A stretch of 32,562 nucleotides of DNA from IMG/VR virus record IMGVR_UViG_3300030376_001553, positions 1 through 32,562 of that record; one strand, written 5' to 3'. The notes below the pieces were generated by a model. The model had not been told where the DNA came from, did not search any database, and saw only the letters and a list, made by a program, of their open reading frames with translations. This document shows, one piece after another, positions 26,848 to 32,562 of this stretch. This DNA comes from a virus. Lineage: Duplodnaviria; Caudoviricetes. Positions within the stretch are counted from its first letter, which is position 1. Each line of letters starts with the position of its first letter. Position numbers and translations under genes: made by a program.

Positions 26848-28426
26848 TTGAGTGTTCCTCTGGTACTTCCAGCATTCTGCCTGTGGCCTCATCGTACTTG
26901 ACTTGGCCGCATACCCCTAGCCAACCACTGAATCTGTTTTTTAACACCCTGACTTTACATCCACTATCGGCTACTTGTTGGTCTCTCTCTAAAGAAAGGA
27001 CAATATCACTAAGACAAGCAATACTTGAACTACCTCTAAGGCTACTAATCCTAGTCTGTTCTCCATCCTCATATCCCTTATTACCTTGTGGTCTTCTTAA
27101 ATGACTGACCAATATCATCCCACAACCAGTCTCTTCTACAAAAGATCTAAGCTGAGTTACTGTGTAGTCAATCGCTCTGCGTTCGTCACTGCTTTGTTCC
27201 AGACCTGAGACGAGTATCGATAGGTGATCGAAAATAACCCAATCACAATTGAGGCTGATAACGCAGTGCCTAATACGATTAAGTAACACGGTAGGATCAA
27301 TAGAGCCAAAAGAGTCGTACAAGTAGACTCTATTGTTCCCAAGGGTTTGGTCGAACGCTGTTGAGATTTCTTCATCGGTAAGTTCTCCTTTATCAATGTG
27401 GATAGGACGGTTGAGGTGGATGCCAACGAAACGTCTAGCAGTCCTTAAGTTATTCTCTTCTAAATTAATAGAAGCAATTGTTTGATTCTGTTTTACGGCA
27501 AGACTATAAGCAATTTCATTTACAAAAGTTGACTTGCCTGTGCCAGTTGCCCCAGTGATAGTACAAAGCTCCCCCTTACGTAGCCCCAGAAGCCTCTTGT
27601 CTAGGCACTCATAGCCATAACTAACACTGTCTACCTTTGGGTCTTCAAGGATTGCTTCCTTTAGTTTATTAGCATTAACAATACCATCAGGTTCATACTC
27701 CTTAGCATTGAACACCATGTCTGTAATAGCTCTAGTATCTCTAGCTTGTAAAGCCTCACTAGCATCCTTATAACCCTCTATAAAGCCTATCTTTCCCTTT
27801 CTGGGGGGTAAGAGTTGAATGTCTCTAGCTGCTGCCTTCTGTCCTACCTCATCATTGTCATAACAGAGTATGACTGTCTCAAAGGTTAGTAACCAAGTCA
27901 GTTGTTCCTTAATAGTTTTCTGTCCAGACTCAGCACCATTAGGTAGAGAAACACAGGGCCATCCATCTCTTGTTTGCATATAAGATAGACAATCCTTCTC
28001 CCCTTCAAAAACTACTAAGAGTTTACTGTTACCTCCCCATAGTTCCTGACCTAAGAATCTATTATCTATATTCTTACCAATCTGTAAAAACACTTTGTTA
28101 GCTTTCCTTACCTTATAACCAGAAAGAACTCTGTCCTTACTGTAGATAGGCCAGAAGTAAGCATCTTCACCCCCATGCTTTCCTTTTATATAACCTGCTT
28201 TCTTACAAGTAGCAGCTTTAAGGTTACGTCTAGGGATGTCTACATATTCACCTATAACAGGTTGAATATCTAATGGATTTGTCGAGGTCATTGGAAAAGG
28301 GTTAGTAATGTTTGAATAAACTTGATAATTACAATTAGGAGTAAAACACTTTTGGCTGCCGTCTTCCCAAACGGCTAAGTTATTCTTACTCCCACATTTA
28401 GGGCAAGGTAAATGATTTACACTCAT
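26822..28426 (-). CDS. Primase/helicase (T7 gp4-like)
   Basis: Zn finger CPKC..CFTPNC, TOPRIM EGEKD and DND, Walker A GATGTGKST, DHLS, LVSHLRR, LRGS and KNR. Confidence 0.97.
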   Translation of the reverse strand: MSVNHLPCPKCGSKNNLAVWEDGSQKCFTPNCNYQVYSNITNPFPMTSTNPLDIQPVIGEYVDIPRRNLKAATCKKAGYIKGKHGGEDAYFWPIYSKDRVLSGYKVRKANKVFLQIGKNIDNRFLGQELWGGNSKLLVVFEGEKDCLSYMQTRDGWPCVSLPNGAESGQKTIKEQLTWLLTFETVILCYDNDEVGQKAAARDIQLLPPRKGKIGFIEGYKDASEALQARDTRAITDMVFNAKEYEPDGIVNANKLKEAILEDPKVDSVSYGYECLDKRLLGLRKGELCTITGATGTGKSTFVNEIAYSLAVKQNQTIASINLEENNLRTARRFVGIHLNRPIHIDKGELTDEEISTAFDQTLGNNRVYLYDSFGSIDPTVLLNRIRHCVISLNCDWVIFDHLSILVSGLEQSSDERRAIDYTVTQLRSFVEETGCGMILVSHLRRPQGNKGYEDGEQTRISSLRGSSSIACLSDIVLSLERDQQVADSGCKVRVLKNRFSGWLGVCGQVKYDEATGRMLEVPEEHSNGYATPDF

Positions 28427-29013
28427 AAATCACTCCATTGATCGCACATGGCTTGGGCTATACCATCGTAAGTTTTACTGCGTTTCTTCCAGCGATCCTT
28501 AGATGGTCCTAGTTTGTTCTGACCACTAGGTGTTTGATTCTCCCAATATCCACATTCAGGCTTGGGTAATATTTTTGTAGGGTTTAAATGGTTTAAGCCC
28601 CTGAGCCATAAGCAAGTTCGCTTAGATTCTGGATGACCAAATTCATACGGCTGGATTATTTGGCTTGGCTTACCAAGTTTTGTTTTAGTAGAAATAACAC
28701 TGACAGGATTCTCAATACACATCTTTGGTATTGGTGCATCCCATAGAGCAGTGACAAAATCTAAAGCTCTTTGTTGCCTACCATCTGCAATCTTCTTAGC
28801 AAAATGAGCAGCACCTGAGACAGCTATATCCGTACAGGGTGGGTGTAAAATCGCCAAATCCCAGTCGTTATCTATGATGTCGAAGATGTTTCCTTGGTAA
28901 TGTGGACCTTCTACTTCAGTAGGGAGTAGGTCACAACTCCAAGCATCATGTCCTGCTGCAATGAACTTGTTTCTGATAACGCCAGAATGTTCGCAGCCAA
29001 TTAAAACTCTCAT
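28423..29013 (-). CDS. Compact DNA cytosine-C5 methyltransferase-like protein, 196 aa
   Basis: Start MRVLIGCEHSG at 29013 with GGAGG upstream; motifs SCD, HPPC (catalytic PC), ENP, QPYEFGH, K.T.LW and RSKT. Confidence 0.75.
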   Translation of the reverse strand: MRVLIGCEHSGVIRNKFIAAGHDAWSCDLLPTEVEGPHYQGNIFDIIDNDWDLAILHPPCTDIAVSGAAHFAKKIADGRQQRALDFVTALWDAPIPKMCIENPVSVISTKTKLGKPSQIIQPYEFGHPESKRTCLWLRGLNHLNPTKILPKPECGYWENQTPSGQNKLGPSKDRWKKRSKTYDGIAQAMCDQWSDL

Positions 29014-29050
29014 TAAAAAACCTCCAAGGTGGGGATTGATCCTTGGAGGC
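29014..29050 (-). terminator. Terminator-like hairpin that includes the MTase ribosome-binding site
   Basis: Minus strand GCCTCCAAGG-ATCAATCCCCA-CCTTGGAGGT then TTTTTA and the ATG. Confidence 0.75.
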
Positions 29051-29078
29051 TTGGTAACCCTTTCACTTACCAACTGAA

Positions 29079-29474
29079 CTATAGCGTAGTCCAGCGTCTA
29101 GGCAAGCTTGGTCCCTTGCACCAAGGAATATTATGTTTGTCACACCACATTGCATAGGTCATCTTTGCAGTGCGACTCAGTTTTTGATGTGGGTTCTGAA
29201 AACACATACGAATGTCAATATCAGGATGTTGTTCTTTAAAGATCTTCATTAGTCTCCGATCATCGCTGTCAAACATCCCCTTAATTTCAACCAGAGTGCC
29301 ATTCGCTAGCATTATGTCTGGTGTGTAGCGTCTTGGGATTACTACGTCATACTTATGTTTTTCGTATTCGTAGTGAATCCCATCTGCTGTAAGCTGGTGA
29401 GCTACCTTTGATTCAAAGCCAGATCTGAAGCCATCTTTAGTACGCTTTCCATACTTGTGGAATCTTCTTGGCAT
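29079..29474 (-). CDS. Endonuclease I / Holliday junction resolvase (T7 gp3-like)
   Basis: FRSGFE, YTPD, VEIKG, DIR..F and TYA.WC.K. Confidence 0.95.
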   Translation of the reverse strand: MPRRFHKYGKRTKDGFRSGFESKVAHQLTADGIHYEYEKHKYDVVIPRRYTPDIMLANGTLVEIKGMFDSDDRRLMKIFKEQHPDIDIRMCFQNPHQKLSRTAKMTYAMWCDKHNIPWCKGPSLPRRWTTL

Positions 29475-29521
29475 TAGTATTTCGATTCAGGGCATATGAA
29501 GCATACCTAATAAATCAAAAT

Positions 29522-30091
29522 TTAGAAATCAATGTCAACATCAGAAGTACTCACTGGCTCTACCTTTGGTTTAGCTTGAGTGAACCCTTTCTGTTTCTTA
29601 AACGCACTCTTAATATCAAAGTTCTCACCTCCACTGTCTTTACCACCAGTAGTTACAGCTTCTAATACCTGCATCCCTAATGGTGCAAACCTTACACCAC
29701 CTTTAGATGCTTTAGGTGAGATGAACTTAGGCTTAAGCTCTACCTTTACTACTGAACCTTCTCTTAGTTGTAGATCATCAGCTAAAGGTACTAATGAACC
29801 ATCTACTACTGGAAAAGGAAACTCCTCATACTTTGGTTTAGCTGTAATACGAACAGTAATTGAACCATCATCATTAGTAATCCAAGGGCCATCAAAGAAG
29901 GCTCTACCTGATCCTCCGTTGCTCTTATACCACTCACAAGCTTTGTCATAATGATCTTCTAATTCATTTAAAAGCTTATCTGCGTTCTTAGTGACTCTGA
30001 CTTTCATTCGGTAGTCAGATGGTTGACCTTGATAAGTTGGTTCCTCTAAATGATGGGGAACAAAACCTTCAAGAGTTCCTGTGATTTGCAT
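29522..30091 (-). CDS. Single-stranded DNA-binding protein (gp2.5-like)
   Basis: Probable start MQITGTL at 30091; FPVVD..EGS.V..GV....MQV; acidic tail ending in Phe (DVDIDF); upstream of endonuclease I. Confidence 0.85.
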   Translation of the reverse strand: MQITGTLEGFVPHHLEEPTYQGQPSDYRMKVRVTKNADKLLNELEDHYDKACEWYKSNGGSGRAFFDGPWITNDDGSITVRITAKPKYEEFPFPVVDGSLVPLADDLQLREGSVVKVELKPKFISPKASKGGVRFAPLGMQVLEAVTTGGKDSGGENFDIKSAFKKQKGFTQAKPKVEPVSTSDVDIDF

Positions 30092-30157
30092 TTCGTGATA
30101 GTTGAAAGGACTACTGAAAGATAAACAGAAGAACCACCTAAAGGTAACTCTTACTGT

Positions 30158-30175
30158 GACACTTATTAAAGTGTC
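30158..30175. promoter_or_regulatory. 18-bp palindromic operator-like site, copy A
   Basis: GACACTT-ATTA-AAGTGTC, a perfect inverted repeat upstream of the SSB/replication operon; related copies at 31869, 31902 and 31927. Confidence 0.7.
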
Positions 30176-30264
30176 CACTTTAAACAGCCTTATACTGCCT
30201 TATAATTAAACTATAAATGTATTTATAACCGTACTCTTAAGCAATATTAGAAGTTTAAACAGTA

Positions 30265-30270
30265 TATAAT
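30265..30270 (+). promoter_or_regulatory. Candidate sigma70 -10 element for the plus-strand cassette
   Basis: TATAAT 24 nt upstream of the ATG at 30295; a second TATAAT at 30201-30206; no clear -35. Confidence 0.5.
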
Positions 30271-30294
30271 GAGTGGGTACTTATATAACAACTA

Positions 30295-30654
30295 ATGAAG
30301 TTCGCAATAGCTCTAGCTGCCCTGCTAGGAGTAGGAACAGCTCCAGCCCTTGCTGGTACTTACGTCAACGTTGAGTCCAATGCATCTTACGTTGGGAATG
30401 ATTATAAATCTAGAACTACGGACGTTCACATAGGATTTGAAGGAGGTGGTCCACTTGCTACTTATTACATCCAAGGCGGCCCTGCTTTAGTTAATGGCGA
30501 TGCCGTTGATGGTTCAACAGAGTTCTCTGGTAAGACAGGGATCAGCATAGCTGCTACTGAAAGACTAGATGTCTATGGCGAAGTATCTCTACTAACTGCT
30601 GAAGATACAGACAACAGCTACGGTACTAAAATAGGAGGAAAGTTTAAGTTCTAA
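30295..30654 (+). CDS. Small secreted outer-membrane beta-barrel-like protein of picocyanobacterial/cyanophage type
   Basis: Signal peptide ending in ALA; alternating beta-strands (YVNVE, DVHIGFEG, YYIQGGP, LDVYGEVS); C-terminal KFKF resembling a BAM signal. Confidence 0.75.
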   Translation: MKFAIALAALLGVGTAPALAGTYVNVESNASYVGNDYKSRTTDVHIGFEGGGPLATYYIQGGPALVNGDAVDGSTEFSGKTGISIAATERLDVYGEVSLLTAEDTDNSYGTKIGGKFKF

Positions 30655-30659
30655 CTTCA

Positions 30660-30857
30660 ATGACAATCACAACCGAATACGGTAAACAAAACATCTTCGC
30701 AAACGAACCTGCTATTGAAGTTATGGACAATCACAACCACGAAGGAGATCCAATGCACATTGCAGAGGAACTCAATGGCCGCCTAGCTATGATGGGTTTC
30801 GTAGCTGCTCTAGGTGCCTATATAACAACTGGACAACTTATACCAAACATTTGGTAG
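30660..30857 (+). CDS. hli: High-light-inducible protein
   Basis: AEELNGRLAMMGF chlorophyll-binding motif, TGQLIPNIW tail and a phage-type N-terminus TTEYGKQNIFA.EP. Confidence 0.97.
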   Translation: MTITTEYGKQNIFANEPAIEVMDNHNHEGDPMHIAEELNGRLAMMGFVAALGAYITTGQLIPNIW

Positions 30858-30873
30858 AATAAATCTAATTGAG

Positions 30874-30882
30874 TGTTAGTCT
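30874..30882 (+). promoter_or_regulatory. Candidate extended -10 promoter for the riboswitch transcript
   Basis: TG-T-TAGTCT would place the transcription start at ~30889-30890, the 5' edge of the riboswitch. Confidence 0.5.
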
Positions 30883-30887
30883 TCGCT

Positions 30888-30941
30888 TCCGTTCATCCTT
30901 TGTGGACGCATGACACCTAATCATGGAACGGGGATTAGGTT
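30888..30941 (+). ncRNA. Downstream-peptide / glutamine-II riboswitch
   Basis: CGTTC (30890-94) pairs with GAACG (30926-30); small hairpin TCC-TTTGT-GGA; pseudoknot ACCTAATC (30915-22) with GATTAGGT (30933-40); followed by an RBS and a YRG peptide. Confidence 0.9.
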
Positions 30942-30955
30942 TTAGGAGACTGACC

Positions 30956-31057
30956 ATGAGTCCAGTTGAACTACAAGCTCGTATCAAAGAACGAGTAAAG
31001 GCTAAGAAACAAGTAAAACTTACATACAGAGGTTTAACTTACATAGTCAAACGCTAA
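30956..31057 (+). CDS. 33-aa DUF4278-like (YRG-motif) peptide
   Basis: MSPVELQARIKERVKAKKQVKLTYRGLTYIVKR; RBS AGGAG at 30944-48; LTYRGxxY motif. Confidence 0.88.
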   Translation: MSPVELQARIKERVKAKKQVKLTYRGLTYIVKR

Positions 31058-31061
31058 GATC

Positions 31062-31087
31062 AGGGGAGCCAAACGGCTCCTCTTTTT
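31062..31087 (+). terminator. Intrinsic terminator after the DUF4278-like peptide
   Basis: AGGGGAGCC-AAAC-GGCTCCTCT then TTTTATTT. Confidence 0.9.
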
Positions 31088-31097
31088 ATTTGGAGAA

Positions 31098-31256
31098 ATG
31101 CAAGAGTTTATCACTCTAGATACCGAACATCTAACGGACACCCACAGCTACGCTAGAGAGCGTTACAAGGACGCTATAGGCGATAGGGATAAAGACTACT
31201 GGGAAGGCTATTTGGACGCTCTGGACTCCGTATATCAGGCTCAGAAGACGACCTAA
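31098..31256 (+). CDS. Unannotated 52-aa acidic protein
   Basis: GGAG then ATG; MQEFITLDTEHLTDTHSYARERYKDAIGDRDKDYWEGYLDALDSVYQAQKTT; the stop overlaps the convergent ORF. Confidence 0.65.
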   Translation: MQEFITLDTEHLTDTHSYARERYKDAIGDRDKDYWEGYLDALDSVYQAQKTT

Positions 31257-31408
31257 AGGTTCTTACGGTGCTTCTCGTCTTGAGCATACTTCCATTGCTC
31301 TATTAATCTTGAGGTTGCCTCATTCCTTTTCTGTTCACCCCAGTCCTCTATCTCTGCTAACTTATTTAGTCTCTTTAAGTGGTCTAAAAGCCCATCAGCT
31401 TTAGTCAT
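31253..31408 (-). CDS. Hypothetical 51-aa protein
   Basis: Probable start MTKADG at 31408, overlapping the stop of the upstream 129-aa ORF. Confidence 0.6.
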   Translation of the reverse strand: MTKADGLLDHLKRLNKLAEIEDWGEQKRNEATSRLIEQWKYAQDEKHRKNL

Positions 31409-31790
31409 TGGTATCTTGACCTTCGTATAAGGACACAAAATCTCCATTAGGGTCTAAATAGAAACAGTTCGTATCTCTTATTTTGACATAATCTTCCTGC
31501 AAGAGTTCTATAAAAGCACCTACTAAGGCTTGACAGGTACTAGCCTCTAGTACTGACTTATGTAAGTCTGTCTGTGCCTCTACTACTCCCTCCATAAGCT
31601 CTGTATTATCTAAACCCCATAGGATCTCATGGTCCTCATCTGCATCTGCTTCTAGGTATTCAATAGCCTTATGTGACTTCCTTTCTAAAACTTTCATCCT
31701 TGCTAAAAGTAAGGGTAGGTAGTCTCTAGCCACTCTCTTAAGTGGTCCATAGAACTTATCTTTTGCTGTTGCTTTTGCCATAAGTGCCAT
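31401..31790 (-). CDS. Hypothetical helical protein, 129 aa
   Basis: Open frame directly downstream of the operator cluster; no motif recognised. Confidence 0.7.
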   Translation of the reverse strand: MALMAKATAKDKFYGPLKRVARDYLPLLLARMKVLERKSHKAIEYLEADADEDHEILWGLDNTELMEGVVEAQTDLHKSVLEASTCQALVGAFIELLQEDYVKIRDTNCFYLDPNGDFVSLYEGQDTND

Positions 31791-31868
31791 TAAGCTTCAC
31801 TCACTAACCAATTTAATACAGGATTGCCAGTCACGTGGTGTATTACTATCACGACCTCTTAAGGCGTG

Positions 31869-31944
31869 GACAATTTGAAAACTGGCACACCGAACTTAAC
31901 AAACAGTTACATAACTGTCCACTTGTGACACTTAACAAACTGGC
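31869..31944. repeat. Three clustered copies (B-D) of the 18-bp palindromic site
   Basis: GACAATT-TGAA-AACTGGC (31869), AACAGTT-ACAT-AACTGTC (31902) and GACACTT-AACA-AACTGGC (31927). Confidence 0.8.
31896..31913 (+). promoter_or_regulatory. HLR1 (RpaB-binding)-like direct repeat
   Basis: TTAACAAA-CA-GTTACATA against the consensus (G/T)TTACA(T/A)(T/A)-N2-repeat: one mismatch. Confidence 0.5.
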
Positions 31945-31955
31945 ACATAGTAAAC

Positions 31956-31974
31956 GATAACGATAATCATTTTC
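31956..31974. promoter_or_regulatory. Fur box-like site
   Basis: GATAACGATAATCATTTTC matches the classical GATAATGATAATCATTATC at 17/19. Confidence 0.65.
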
Positions 31975-31984
31975 ATTCTATAGA

Positions 31985-32015
31985 TAATAAATAAGCCCCT
32001 AATGTTAGAGGCTTA
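31985..32015 (-). terminator. Probable terminator of the rightmost minus-strand unit
   Basis: Minus strand TAAGCCTCTA-ACAT-TAGGGGCTTA then TTTATTAT. Confidence 0.65.
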
Positions 32016-32023
32016 ATTAATAT

Positions 32024-32092
32024 TTAATTAGTAGTAGATGCTGCTGCTATATATAAAACAATAGGCAACATAAAGAGTATAAAGTAGTACAT
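32024..32092 (-). CDS. Possible 22-aa hydrophobic micropeptide
   Basis: MYYFILFMLPIVLYIAAASTTN; starts 2 nt after the upstream stop and ends just before the terminator. Confidence 0.4.
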   Translation of the reverse strand: MYYFILFMLPIVLYIAAASTTN

Positions 32093-32094
32093 AC

Positions 32095-32562
32095 TTACTG
32101 AGTTATGTTTAAATATATTCTTCTATGTGTTACCCATGTAATCGCTTGAACTGTTGATATTGAATATTTAGAATCTAAATCTAGATTTATTAATTTGGTT
32201 GCTATCTTATAATCTTGTTTAATTGTGTGCCTTAGTTTCTTACCAATAGCAGGAACATCCTTAAGCGATTGATAAACACCTAACCAGATATTGTAGGCAT
32301 GACCATCAATACAAACATCCTCCCTCCCTAATATTGAGTGAGTAAATTCTATAACCTTTGGGCCTTTTAGAATCTCTAAGACTGGCTTAAGTTTTAAATC
32401 ATTATCATCTAATTCTAAGATCTTTAAAGCTTTACTCTTATTAAGTGGATAAGTACAAACCGAAGTTTCTAATACGTCCTGAGCCTCACCATATTTAAAG
32501 ACTTTTATTAAACTCTCAGCATCAAAGCAGTTACGCTCCCATTTATTGTTTGGGCTAAGAGC
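32095..32562 (-). CDS. HhH DNA-glycosylase-like phage protein (DUF7178-like), partial, N-terminus outside the window
   Basis: Absent from the ORF track. 155 open codons: ALSPNNKWERN..LKGPKVIEF..I.G..VCIDGHAYNIW..QAITWV. Confidence 0.75.
   Translation of the reverse strand, partial: ALSPNNKWERNCFDAESLIKVFKYGEAQDVLETSVCTYPLNKSKALKILELDDNDLKLKPVLEILKGPKVIEFTHSILGREDVCIDGHAYNIWLGVYQSLKDVPAIGKKLRHTIKQDYKIATKLINLDLDSKYSISTVQAITWVTHRRIYLNITQ

Noticed and set aside
12186-27426. Nested alternative-frame minus ORFs (12186, 17576, 21203, 22708, 25535, 27157)
   Set aside because: They lie wholly inside conserved genes, are short and have no motif or RBS support.
27540-27560. Fifth copy of the palindrome (GCCAGTT-GCCC-CAGTGAT)
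   Set aside because: Only one half-site matches, and it lies in the Walker A coding sequence.
1345-29951. Plus-strand ORFs in the track (1345, 3261, 5103, 14072, 14327, 19189, 20636, 22878, 25906, 26545, 26883, 29468, 29580)
   Set aside because: They are antisense shadows of well-supported minus-strand genes and carry no recognisable motifs.
30092-30178. Extended N-terminus of SSB in the ORF track (similarly for MTase, nrdB, MazG-like and the 267-aa ORF)
   Set aside because: The upstream extensions run through regulatory DNA or neighbouring genes. Downstream ATGs fit the RBS, translational coupling and domain starts better.
30219-30234. NtcA box (GTA-N8-TAC) upstream of the plus-strand cassette
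   Set aside because: The spacing is N10 (GTA-TTTATAACCG-TAC), not N8.
30236-30260. Pho box-like TTAA repeats
   Set aside because: The periodicity is irregular (about 10 then 8 nt) rather than 11 nt, and the matches are weak.
31866-31947. Mini-CRISPR interpretation of the repeat cluster
   Set aside because: The repeats are degenerate, the spacers are only 7-15 nt and no cas genes are present.
1-32562. tRNA, integrase/att sites, introns or inteins, psbA, terminase
   Set aside because: None were recognised. Pol, helicase and RNR frames are uninterrupted and compact. The terminase probably lies beyond the tail fibre, outside the window.

Overview
A ~32.5 kb, AT-rich segment of a T7-like marine cyanopodovirus (host probably Prochlorococcus or Synechococcus, inferred from the hli gene, the compact cyanophage-type class I RNR and the riboswitch). 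Most genes are on the minus strand. From right to left they are: SSB, endonuclease I, a C5-methyltransferase-like gene, primase/helicase, DNA polymerase A (Tyr762 type), an endonuclease VII-like nuclease, exonuclease, DUF3310, a MazG-like NTP-PPase, RNR alpha and beta, small virion or ejection proteins, portal, scaffold, major capsid (with an insertion), tail tubular A and B, three internal virion proteins and a partial tail fibre. No RNA polymerase sits upstream of SSB, where T7-like phages usually place it. That position instead holds a divergent plus-strand host-interaction cassette: a small outer-membrane beta-barrel, hli, a glutamine-II (Downstream-peptide) riboswitch controlling a 33-aa DUF4278-like peptide, and a 52-aa ORF. 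A nearby non-coding hub holds three of four copies of an 18-bp palindrome, an HLR1/RpaB-like box and a 17/19 Fur box. The most interesting hypothesis is a phage that depends on host RNA polymerase and reads host nitrogen, iron and light/redox status through cis-elements. All calls come from manual motif recognition; no database searches were run.
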